From: Dipteris shenzhenensis
Lineage: Eukaryota
Reading direction: 5' to 3' (one strand)
DNA: 64,000 bases
NCBI GenBank assembly: GCA_047967505.1
Contig: CM106538.1
In this document: positions 47,306 through 58,248 of the stretch, piece after piece
Position numbering within the stretch: the stretch's first letter is position 1
How the letters are laid out: every line of letters starts with the position of its first letter
Program-made: the position numbers and the translations under genes
The notes under the pieces: model-generated
Told to the model about the DNA's origin: nothing
The model's database searches: none
Seen by the model: only the letters and a program-made list of their open reading frames with translations

Positions 47306-49891
47306 TCACACCCCTTTAATGGGAATGTCCTTCCTCTGCATCAAACCAAGAGCTAGTCGGTGTTTCTCGAATAGCTCTTTACCGAGTGGTTTGGTAAAGA
47401 TGTCTGCAACATTTTCTTTGCTATCACAATGCTGCAGTGTGATGTCACCAAGTAACACTCTTTCTCTGATGAAGTGCTCTCTGACATCAATGTGTTTTGT
47501 TCTGGAGTGATATACTGGATTTTTGGCCAATGCTTGAGCCGATTGATTATCACAGTATATTGTTGTTGGCTTTGACTCATCAAAGTAATCTGTTTCTGAC
47601 AATAGTCTTCTGAGCCATATAGCCTCACATGCACCTGTAGTGAGTGCTCTATATTCTGCTTCAGTCGAAGACAAAGAAACAGTTGGCTGTTTGTTTGACA
47701 ACCATGATATAGCACCTTGACCAAGGAAAAATGCATATCCCTGTGTCGATCTCCTGGTCTCATGATCTCCAGCATAGTCACTGTCACAGTATCCATGCAA
47801 CCGTGGATGACTTCCTCTGTATTCTATCCCAAATTGTCTTGTACCTCTGATGTATCTCAAGACTCTTTTGGCTGCATTCCAGTGAGACTGTTTTGGATTT
47901 GCCATAAACTGTGCTAGTGAGCTTACTGCATAACAAATATCTGGCCGTGTGATTGTCAGATATATAAGAGATCCAATGAGTTGCCTGTAGTATCTGTCAT
48001 TGACTGTAGGCTTTTCTGAATCTTTAGTAAGTTTCAAACTCTGTTCCATGGGAGTGGCTGCAATCTTGCAATCTGCCATATGAAACTTCTTCAGGAGACT
48101 GTCAACATATTTGAGCTGACTCATAAATGTGCTATCTGAATCTCTCCAGAACTCAATTCCAAGACAATAGTGCATAAGTGCAAGATCTTTCATGTCGAAC
48201 TCTGCAGATAAGTCTTGTTTTAGCTTTCTGATGAAGCTATCCTTGCTTCCTGTCACAATCAGATCATCTACGTACAAAAGTGCAATAGTAATATCTTCCC
48301 CTTGAACTTTGTAGTAGAGAGTATGATCTGCATTGGACTTCAGGTATCCCAGATCAGCAAAATACTTGTCAATTCTGCTGTACCAACTTCTGGGTGCTTG
48401 CTTTAAGCCATAGAGACTTTTCTTGAGATGGCAAACCTTGTTCTCCTGTCCTGGTTCAATATAACCGGCTGGTTGTTGCATGTAGACTTCCTCGTCTAGA
48501 TAACCATTGAGAAATGCATTCTTGACATCGAGCTGATACACATTCCATTTACTGAGTGTTGCTAGTGATATCAAGAACCGTATGGAATCCATCTTTGCTA
48601 CTGGAGCATAAGTCTCATCATAATCTTGACCATATTGTTGTGCAAATCCTTTTGCAACTAATCTGGCTTTGTATCTTTGAATACTGCCATCTGGATTGTA
48701 CTTCACTTTGTATACCCATTTGTTGGCTATGGCCTTCTTTCCTGGTGGAAGGTCGCATAATTCCCAAGTGTTGTTTTTATACAAAGCATCCATTTCTTCA
48801 TTCATTGCAGTTTGCCATTCTGGCTTATCTACTGCGTCTTCGAAGTACACTGGCTCTTCTGTAGCCATGATGGTAGTCATAAGAGCATAGTTGGTGGTTT
48901 CCACCTGAATTGCTTTGCCTTTCTGAGCATATGTCAATCTGGCTGGTGGTCTGCTTTCCCTAGTAGACCGTCTGAGCTGCTGTGACGCTGATTGGGGTGT
49001 TGCTGGCAATTCTTGCTCTTCTTCATCAACCTGTTCTGTAGATGACTGTGAAGTCGATGCTTCTATCTCCTGTGTAGGTGAGGTTTTCCATTCTGATTCC
49101 TCATCGAAGATTACATCTCTGGAGATAATGACTTTGCGGTTGATGGGATCATACAATTTGTATGCTTTACTTTCTTCACTGTAGCCAACCATGATGCATT
49201 TGCGTGACTTCGCATCCAATTTCCTGCGATGATCATCATGTATGTGGGCATATGCTATGCAACCAAATATGCGGAGATGCCCAATGCGTGGCTTGTGTCC
49301 AGTGAATGCTTCATAAGGAGTCATACCTTCTATCGGTTCGGTAGGAAGCCGATTAAGCAAGTAGTTAGCTGTAGCTATTGCTTCTGCCCAATACTGATTC
49401 GGAAGATGCTTTTCACTAAGCATTGCTCTAGCACTGTCTGCTAAAGTCCCATTTTTCCTTTCAGCTATTGCATTTTGTTGAGGAGTATCTGCACATGTGA
49501 ATTGTCTTCGAATGCCGTGTGTTTTGCAAAAGTTCATGAAGGCTGAAGACATGTATTCACCTCCTCTGTCTGATCTCATGACCTTGATCTTTCTGCCTGT
49601 TTGGTTTTCTACCATGGCTTTAAATTCTTGAAATCTGGCAAACACTTCAGATTTTTCTTTCAGAAAGTAGACCCAACAATATCTGCTATAGTCGTCGATG
49701 AAGGTCAAGTAATAAAGTGAACCATTGATGCTGCGGGTCTGGGCATAACCCCATACATCTGTATGAATTAAATCAAGAATACCTCGTGCACGAGAGGTAC
49801 TTCTGACAAAGTTGGTTCGCTTTTGTTTGCCGAAGCAGCATGCTTCACAAACCTTTCCAAGAAACTGTAGCTTCGGAATCCCAATTGCCAT
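47306..49891 (-). CDS. pol: Copia-3 integrase-RT-RNase H (open 861-aa frame, detached from gag)
   Basis: CEAC, SDRGGEY, LYVDD, DSDYAG, TKHIDVREHF. Confidence 0.92.
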   Translation of the reverse strand: MAIGIPKLQFLGKVCEACCFGKQKRTNFVRSTSRARGILDLIHTDVWGYAQTRSINGSLYYLTFIDDYSRYCWVYFLKEKSEVFARFQEFKAMVENQTGRKIKVMRSDRGGEYMSSAFMNFCKTHGIRRQFTCADTPQQNAIAERKNGTLADSARAMLSEKHLPNQYWAEAIATANYLLNRLPTEPIEGMTPYEAFTGHKPRIGHLRIFGCIAYAHIHDDHRRKLDAKSRKCIMVGYSEESKAYKLYDPINRKVIISRDVIFDEESEWKTSPTQEIEASTSQSSTEQVDEEEQELPATPQSASQQLRRSTRESRPPARLTYAQKGKAIQVETTNYALMTTIMATEEPVYFEDAVDKPEWQTAMNEEMDALYKNNTWELCDLPPGKKAIANKWVYKVKYNPDGSIQRYKARLVAKGFAQQYGQDYDETYAPVAKMDSIRFLISLATLSKWNVYQLDVKNAFLNGYLDEEVYMQQPAGYIEPGQENKVCHLKKSLYGLKQAPRSWYSRIDKYFADLGYLKSNADHTLYYKVQGEDITIALLYVDDLIVTGSKDSFIRKLKQDLSAEFDMKDLALMHYCLGIEFWRDSDSTFMSQLKYVDSLLKKFHMADCKIAATPMEQSLKLTKDSEKPTVNDRYYRQLIGSLIYLTITRPDICYAVSSLAQFMANPKQSHWNAAKRVLRYIRGTRQFGIEYRGSHPRLHGYCDSDYAGDHETRRSTQGYAFFLGQGAISWLSNKQPTVSLSSTEAEYRALTTGACEAIWLRRLLSETDYFDESKPTTIYCDNQSAQALAKNPVYHSRTKHIDVREHFIRERVLLGDITLQHCDSKENVADIFTKPLGKELFEKHRLALGLMQRKDIPIKGV

Positions 49892-49905
49892 ATTCTGATT
49901 CCTTA

Positions 49906-51176
49906 GATCTAACCCTTTCCTTTATAGCACTCTATAAGGTTAGTGCTATGCACATATGATCACGTGATGGTGCTATGCACACATGATCACATGATGTTGA
50001 GCGTGAACTCTCAACACCTTCCCTCAAGATCAACATCATGAAGTAGGCCTTCCCTCAAGATGATGATTCTGGGGAATCGAAGAAGGACTGAGCATTACAT
50101 TCCATCACACCCCTTTAATGGGAATGTCCTTCCTCTACATCAAACCAAGAGCTAGTCAGTGTTTCTCGAATAGCTCTTTACCGAGTGGTTTGGTAAAGAT
50201 GTCTGCAACATTTTCTTTGCTATCACAATGCTGCAATGTGATGTCACCAAGTAACACTCTTTCTCTGATGAAGTGCTCTCTGACATCAATGTGTTTTGTT
50301 CTGGAGTGATATACTGGATTTTTGGCCAATGCTTGAGCCGATTGATTATCACAGTATATTGTTGTTGGCTTTGACTCATCAAAGTAATCTGTTTCTGACA
50401 ATAGTCTTCTGAGCCATATAGCCTCACATGCACCTGTAGTGAGTGCTCTATATTCTGCTTCAGTCGAAGACAAAGAAACAGTTGGCTGTTTGTTTGACAA
50501 CCATGATATAGCACCTTGACCAAGGAAAAATGCATATCCCTGTGTCGATCTCCTGGTCTCATGATCTCCAGCATAGTCACTGTCACAGTATCCATGCAAC
50601 CGTGGATGACTTCCTCTGTATTCTATCCCAAATTGTCTTGTACCTCTGATGTATCTCAAGACTCTTTTGGCTGCATTCCAGTGAGACTGTTTTGGATTTG
50701 CCATAAACTGTGCTAGTGAGCTTACTGCATAACAAATATCTGGCCGTGTGATTGTCAGATATATAAGAGATCCAATGAGTTGCCTGTAGTATCTGTCATT
50801 GACTGTAGGCTTTTCTGAATCTTTAGTAAGTTTCAAACTCTGTTCCATGGGAGTGGCTGCAATCTTGCAATCTGCCATATGAAACTTCTTCAGGAGACTG
50901 TCAACATATTTGAGCTGACTCATAAATGTGCTATCTGAATCTCTCCAGAACTCAATTCCAAGACAATAGTGCATAAGTCCAAGATCTTTCATGTCGAACT
51001 CTGCAGATAAGTCTTGTTTTAGCTTTCTGATGAAGCTATCCTTGCTTCCTGTCACAATCAGATCATCTACGTACAAAAGTGCAATAGTAATATCTTCCCC
51101 TTGAACTTTGTAGTAGAGAGTATGATCTGCATTGGACTTCAGGTATCCCAGATCAGCAAAATACTTGTCAATTCTG
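49906..51176 (-). repeat. Internal 1271-bp duplicate of the copia-3 3' end (RT end, RNase H, PPT, partial U3)
   Basis: Colinear with 47107-48377 (offset 2799); about 5 substitutions seen. Confidence 0.95.
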
Positions 51177-52680
51177 TACTAGCTGACCTCTTTTGGATTT
51201 GTCTCTGTAGTGCATTCATCACCGTCGAAGATGACTTTGTAGTTGTGTTCCGTCATTTGACCTACTGACAAAAGGTTCTTGCTGAGCTTCGGAACATAGA
51301 GCACATCTTTGACTAATCCTTTTGTACCAGTGAAATTGTTCATAGGGATAACACCTGTCCCTTGAACCGGATTCGGTGTATTGTCTGCTGTATAGATGAC
51401 ATTCTTTTGACCTTCTAATGGCTTCATTTCTGTAAACCATTCCTGATGATTTGTCATATGAGATGATGCACCGCTGTCGATGTACCAAGGATCCTGTTCC
51501 ACTTGGTCGACTTGATAGCTGAAATCCTCTTTGGGATTGAAATCAGTGTCTAGGTGCATTGTATCAGTCTGATGCAATTCCTCACTTGCAAGAAACATAT
51601 TGCCATGTTCATTTGCAAAATGACTGTGACTAGAATGTCTACCACGATGATTTCCTCTTCCTCGGGAATTCCCTCGATTACTGCTGGATTGACCGCCTTG
51701 GTCATACTTCTTCTTGCGGCAATCTCTTTCATAGTGTCCAAACTTGTGACAATAGTTGCATTGAATGTTTGACACATTGGTGGATGCATTCCCTCGTCCT
51801 TGGAATCTTCCTCGGTTGGAATGATTTCCTCTTTGGCTGATTTTGATGTTGCTGAGGATGCTGCTGATGCTGATTCTGACTTTGATTTTGACCACTTTTC
51901 TGATATGATCTACCTCTGTTTCTGCCTTTGCCTCTGCTTCTGTCTGAAGCTGTGAATGCCTGATCATTAGAACGACCTTTACGTGCTTGAATGGCCTGAG
52001 TCCTGAGTTCTTCACCAAGTAGAACTGACTGAAGTTCTTCCAGTGTTGGAATTTGCCGTTGGATGGCAATACTCTAGACCAGATTCTCATATCCTTCTCC
52101 TAGTCCATTCAGGATTACTTGAACCATTTCTGCGGGATTCATAGTCTCTCTAGCTGCTGCAAGTTGATTGTTGTAGTCTTTGATGCGGAGTACATAAGCA
52201 TGACCGGTTTCACTGCTGTTGCGGAAACTCTGGTTGATCTGGTTTCTCAAGGTGAGAATCCTGGATGTGTTCTTGGACTCGTAGAGAGCTGCGAACATAT
52301 CCCATGCTTCTTTTGATGTCTTGACTGTGTTGAGCTGTGCTAGCATGACATCTTGCACATTCTGCTTGATCAGGTGATAGGCATACTTGTCTTTCTTATC
52401 CCATTCTGCTTGAGCTCGGGCAATGGCAGGATCTGCTACTGGTGCGGAAACTGTTTGTGTAGATGTAGATCCCGATGTAGATCCCGTTGCTGGTGCTGTG
52501 ACAACAGATGGAGTAGAGCTACTGGTGGCTGGATCTGCCAATGGTCTAGGTATGGATCCATCGACATACTCCCATTTGTCCTGAAGCACAAGAATGGTCT
52601 CCATTCGGTATTTCCATGTACCGTAATTGGAGTTGTCTAACTTAGCAGATGCCTCCAGATTGAGGTTGCTAGTCGACATG
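51177..52680 (-). pseudogene. gag: Copia-3 gag-protease, frameshifted
   Basis: KLDNSNYGTWKYRM, CNYCHKFGHYERDC, WYIDSGASSHM, VLYVPKLSKNLLSV. Confidence 0.92.
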
Positions 52681-53564
52681 GTGCAAACAATGTACTCAAG
52701 AAGTGTCCTGGAAAACTCTGTATGAATCAACTGCAAATACACTGAAGATGCCAAGTGAAATTGTACCGTCGGTGAAGATAGAACTGCAGTAAATAAGATC
52801 TGACCTGTGTTACAAGGCTTGTGGCAATGATGCCGGGAATAGCCAAGAGGCTTTACAAGGCTGAAAAAATGATGTGCACGATGCCGTGAGATAGCCAAAT
52901 AGGCTTTACAATGGTGGCATGTGTGTGTGAAAGCAAGTGCTATCTGCCCACTGAGTCAATCTGCAATGCCTCTGAACTCTGAAGTCTGCTCACTGAACTG
53001 ATGAACGTAAGATTTCAGGTAATGTAATGATGTGAAATCGGATGTGAGCGTATGGACTGACTCCGAGTAGGTACTAGTCGGGAATTTCGGGCATGGCTTA
53101 GATTGGCAACTTGGGGAATTCAAAGCGTCCCCTCTATGGCGATCTAGTCTACTCTGATCTAGATCTAAACCAACCGTCGATCGATGAAAGAACAGCAAAT
53201 AATTCCTTTTCCTTTGTTCTTTTTAAGTGCTGGGTCAGATGCGTCGATGTAGAGGCAAATGTGCGTGAAGGAAGTGGTTTTGTCGGCGAGGCTCAAATGT
53301 GAGTGTAACTTGCGCCGAAATGTGCGCGTGATGTAACGAGCGCGTAGAGCACAAAAAATCGAGCGACTTTCCTTTTTGGAGCACCCTCAAATTCTTCCTG
53401 GATCAAGAGATATGACTTGATCTAGGTGGAGGGGCAAAAGGAGTGCAAATGGTGCTCAATGATGATGTGTCACTGTGAGTCACATGCAGTGATGATGTGG
53501 CACTGTGCTTAGCAAGAGGTGTGCCAGTGAAGCTCTGTGCTGAGGTGGCAGTGCTGAGGTGTCA

Positions 53565-53955
53565 CTGATGACGTGGCACAGATGACGTGGCAGATGACGT
53601 GGCTTGATGACGTGGCACAAGTGACGTGGCAGATGACGTGGCACAGATGACGTGGCCAAATGACGTGGCAGATGACGTGGCCTGATGACGTGTCACTGAT
53701 GACGTGTCAGTCGGTGCTGACGTGGCAGTCGGTGATGACGTGGCATGCTGAGTGAGGGCGATGACGTGGCAGATAAGGTCTGCCACGTGTCACAATGTAA
53801 ACCAAGCTCTCTGACCTATGATCAATCTAACTGGGATTAACTTACCCTAACCCAGGTTGGAGCTTATCTGCCACGTGTCAGATGGATGTGGTTGCCACGT
53901 GGAGGATAAGAGCTTGGGAACATGCCACGTGTCGAGTGGCTATCTGCCACGTGTC
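53565..53955. promoter_or_regulatory. Array of ACGT bZIP motifs (Hex/ABRE/G-box) in the copia-3 leader
   Basis: By-eye count: 12 TGACGTGGC, 2 TGACGTGTC and 5 GCCACGTG. Function is inferred. Confidence 0.7.
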
Positions 53956-54182
53956 GCTTGGAAGGAGCTCACGGAATCTGCTGAGATGCCGACAGAATCT
54001 TGAAGATTCCGTCGTCGGTTTCGTTGGAGAGCGGCCGTTGATCGCCTTTGTTGTAGGAGCCGTCGGTTGCGTGCGCCTTGCGTTACAGGCTTTTGGAAGC
54101 CGGTTTTGGAGCTGAGGCGCTTCACCTTCTTCTTCACCTTCACTCTTTCAAGCTCGCAGGTTGCTCGTTGATCACGGCAAGT

Positions 54183-54437
54183 CCGCCCCTTGCAGACTAT
54201 TTTTCAGATGCCATTGCCATCGGGAGTTTCCATGCAGTGGCCAAGGGCAAGGTGGTTGTTTGCTCTGCCGGGAACGATGGCCCAAACCCTGCTACCGTCT
54301 CAAATGTGGCTCCTTGGATCCTCACGGTGGCCGCTAGCAGCATCGACAGAAAGTTCCCGGCTGCTGCTGCTCTTGGAGATAATACCACACACATCGGCGC
54401 GAGCCTCTCAGAATACAAGCTGCAGATGCAAATGTTT
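54183..54437 (+). pseudogene. Captured plant subtilisin-like protease (S8) fragment, antisense to copia-3
   Basis: DAIAIGSFHA...VVCSAGNDGP...VSNVAPWILTVAASSIDRKF...LGD is a hallmark subtilase segment. Confidence 0.92.
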
Positions 54438-55461
54438 CGGCCAGCAAGCGATGCTTCCCGGGCTCCTTAGATCCGGAGAAGAGCAAAGGGAAAATCGTGG
54501 CGTGCTGGAGAGGAATCAACCCCCGCGTGGAGAAGGGGCTTGGCAATCAAAAGCAAACTCTTCTATTAAACCTACTCTTGCGACGTAGCTTTGTCATCAC
54601 TAGAGGCAGTTGGATCCGGGAGCCGCTTTGGCGTGTGGAGACTGAAGTCGACTGAGGCCACGGGTGACTTGGCTGCTGCTGAGTCATTGGAGATGGCGCA
54701 GGGAGCTGCAGGAGCCTCAGGTTTGCTGGCTGCTATAGCAGAGAGTCGCAGAAGTCATCCGTGGGAGGAGACGCCTTGTTGTAGTCATTGGATTAGATGC
54801 ATATGAAGCATGCTGAATAGACCTATACTAAGATGGCTCGATTGAGGCTCGTTGAAGGAGACGGATGAGCCATGAACCAGAAGGCTCTCCCTCAAAAGCT
54901 CAAAAAATAATAAAATATCTCTCTCTCTCTCTCTCTCAATGGAGAAGAACCTCTTTCACCGTAGATCTCTCAAAATGAACTGAAATCTCTCTCTCTCAAC
55001 TCAAGAAACACCAAATAAACTCTCTCAAATGACGGAAATCTCTCAAGAACAAATGACGGAAATCTTCTTCCGATGGACGGAATTTTCTCTCAACGGAAGA
55101 GAAGGGAAAGATCTCACAATCACTCAAGAGAACTCTCAATCTCACAATCTCTCTCACAAGAAGGATGGCGCCTCAACGGAAGGCAGAACCATGCTCTGAT
55201 ACCATGACAAAATATGAAGAGGAGAGAGGAGAAGAGTGGAGATGAGGAGAGAGGGCACAGCTAGAGAGCACACCACAAATGACTAACTGTACACTAGATT
55301 TAGTTGAAAAAATAGAATATATACAAACCCTTTTAGGGTTAGGGTTAGGGGATCTAACCCTTTCCTTTATAGCACTCTATAAGGTTAGTGCTATGCACAT
55401 ATGATCACGTGATGGTGCTATGCACACATGATCACATGATGTTGAGCGTGAACTCTCAACA

Positions 55462-56245
55462 CTCCTCTCCCCTCTCCCCTCTCCTCCTCCCTTCTCCTCC
55501 TTCCCCCTCCATCCTCCTCCTCCTCCTCCCTCCTATCTTGTCTTTCCCCCATGCTCTTACACCTTTTTCTTCTCCCACTCCTATGCTTCCCCTAAACCCT
55601 TAGTTCCTCAACCCTTAATCTCCATGATCTACAAGGGAGATTTCTCCACCATGTACTCTACTCTAAACCTTGGAACCTCTTCTAAACTCTGGAACCTCCT
55701 TTTAAACCTTGGAACCTCCTTCTAAACCTTGGAACCTCCTTCTAAATCATGAACCTCCCTCTAACCCTTGAACTCCTAAACCCTGCAACCCCCAATAAAG
55801 ATGAAAGCCTTCATTACCTCAACCATGATGATACACTTTCCTTTTATACATGCGAGTTATATGTTTGCTTACCATACTTAAGCCTATGTCTCTCACTGGA
55901 ACACGACTCGAGGTCCTAAGCTACACGTATACTGCTACACGTATACTACAAACAACAACCCTGATATATCTGTAGGTAAAAAAAAGCCTTGAAACCCTAC
56001 ATACTGAGAATACCGTGCTCTTCCTACGAAAACCATGGGAAAGAGTCTCTTTCCCACGGCATTTGCAGGAAGATCAGGGTATTGTATACTACAAACAACA
56101 ACCCCGATATATCTGTAGGTGACAAAAAGCCTTGGAACCATACATATTGAGAATCCCTGCTCTTCTTGTGGAAGCCATGGGAGAGAGACTGAACCCTGCA
56201 TACTGAGAATACCCTGCTCTTCCTATAGAAGCCGTGGGAAAGAGT
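55462..56245 (+). repeat. Final part of the gypsy B 3' LTR (earlier parts at 39558-39769 and 46642-46960)
   Basis: Colinear with ~1750-2325 once copia-2 and copia-3 are removed. Confidence 0.85.
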
Positions 56246-58248
56246 CTCTTTCCCATGGTTTTCACAGGAAGAGTAGGGTATTCTCAGAATGCAGCTTCAT
56301 GTTCCGGTGAGAGACATAGGCTTAAGTATGGTAAGCAAACATAGTGCATGCATGTGTAAAAGGAATGTGTATCATCATGGTTGAGGTAATGACGGCTTTC
56401 ATCTTGATTATGGGTTGCAAGGTTTAGGAGTTTAAGGGTTAGAAGGAGGTTCCAAAGTTTAAAAGGAGGTTCCAAGGTGTAGAAGGAGGTTCCAGAGTTT
56501 AGAAGAGGTTCCAAGGTTTAGAAGGAGGTTCCAAGGTTTAGAAGGAGGTCCAAGGTTTAGAAGGAGGTTCTAAGGTTTAGAAGGAGGTTCCAGAGTTTAG
56601 AAGAGGTTTCAAGGTTTAGAAGGAGGTTCCAAGGTTTAGAAGGAGGTCCAAGGTTTAGAAGGAGGTTCCAAGGTTTAGAAGGAGGTTCTAGAGTTTAGAA
56701 GAGGTTCCAAGGTTAAGGGTAGAGTACATGGTGGAGAACTTGTCTCCCTTGTAGATCATGGAGGTTAAAGGTTGAGGAACTAAGGGTTTAGGGGGAGCAT
56801 AGGAGTGGGAGAGGAAGAAGGTGTAAGAGCATGGGGGAAAAGAAGAAAGAGGAGGAAGGAGGAAGGAGGAGGAGGGAGGAGGAGAAGAAGGAAGGAGGGA
56901 GGAGGTGGAGGAGGAGGGAGGAGGAGAAGGGAGGACGAGGGAGGAGGACGAGGAGGAGAAGGAGGGAGAAGGAGAAGGGAGGAGGAGGGAGGAGGAGGAG
57001 GAAGAGGGAGGAGGAGTTGCAAGGTTAGGACATGATTTTGGACGTGGAGTGCAAGGAAGCATGGACACTTGAGACAATTTCTTGGAATACCAAAGTAGAA
57101 CTCAACACAATCCCCCAAAGAGTGTGGGCTTCTTTCCACTATGGGGTATTTATACAAGTTGGAGAGCTTCTCTCTCTGCATATAGGAATTGTAAGACATT
57201 CTCTCTGTACATGTAGAACTTGCATATAGAAGTTGCATGTAGGAGTTGCATGTAGAACTTGCATGTAGGAGTTGCAAGAGTGTGGGCTTCATTCCATTAT
57301 GGGGTATTTATACAAATTGGAGAGCTTCTCTCTCTACATGTAGGAATTGTAAGACATTCTCTCTCTACATATAGAACTTGCATATAGAAGTTGCATGTAG
57401 GAGTTGCATGTAGGAGTCGCATGTAGAACTCGCATGTAGGAGTTGCATGTAGAACTCAGATGTAGTACTCGCATGTAGGAGTTGCATGTAGGAGTTGCAT
57501 GTAGAACTAGCATGTAGAACTCGCATGTAGAACTCGCATGTAGGAGTTGCATGTAGAACTCGCATGTAGGAGTTGCATATAGAACTTGCATGTAGAACTC
57601 GCATGTAGAACTCGCATGTAGGAGTTGCATGTAGGAATCGTATGTAGAACTTGTATGTAGAACATGCAAGTTGGATTTCTAAGAGGGATTATTTCTAGCC
57701 TTAGGTAATATAAGCGGAGCTTTGCCACTACTCTACACACACATTTCGTTCCACCTAAGTCCATGTTGGCACAGAGACAACATTGCATGTTGAAGTAGTA
57801 GCATTTCACTTGGCTCCCGTTTATTATTGTGTTGAATTGGACTCCATCTAATGTTTCTAGCAGCATGGCTCTGATGGGATTTATCTTTCTTATTCGGTAG
57901 GGACCTTGACCTAGATACTTTAGTTTCCCCTTGTGTACTTTGGCATTGCTATTGGCTCACTGCCACTAGTGTAATTCTTGGAGTATTCTGGTACTTCTTG
58001 AAGATTGGCCTCTGATGGTCTTGAACTAGCTTGACATGTGCTATGCATACCGGGTGGCATAGTTGCATTTACCAATTTGTTAGGCTCTTTTTTGCTCTCT
58101 TTTTCTGAAGTCTCTTGATCAAGCTTCATCCGCACATGTGGCTTATATTTCTGAAACTTCTTACATTGGGAACTATGGGGTAACTTTTCCACTGGTAAGG
58201 TGTTTCCAAGTAAGGGTTCATTTGCTACGGATGCTCCTTCCAATCCCT

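Larger units (their letters stand above)
46961..55461 (-). mobile_element. Young Ty1/copia element (copia-3) with internal rearrangement
   Basis: 257-bp LTRs at 46961-47217 and 55205-55461 (1 difference seen), TSD CTCCT, Met PBS 55190-55204. Confidence 0.97.

Noticed and set aside
49906-51176. Separate nested copia insertion or pure assembly duplication
   Set aside because: No complete LTR or TSD, and the copies differ at about 5 sites including a nonsense change. Read support is still needed.
54078-54470. Functional subtilase gene
   Set aside because: Only an internal fragment lacking the catalytic Asp, His and Ser, embedded in a copia leader.
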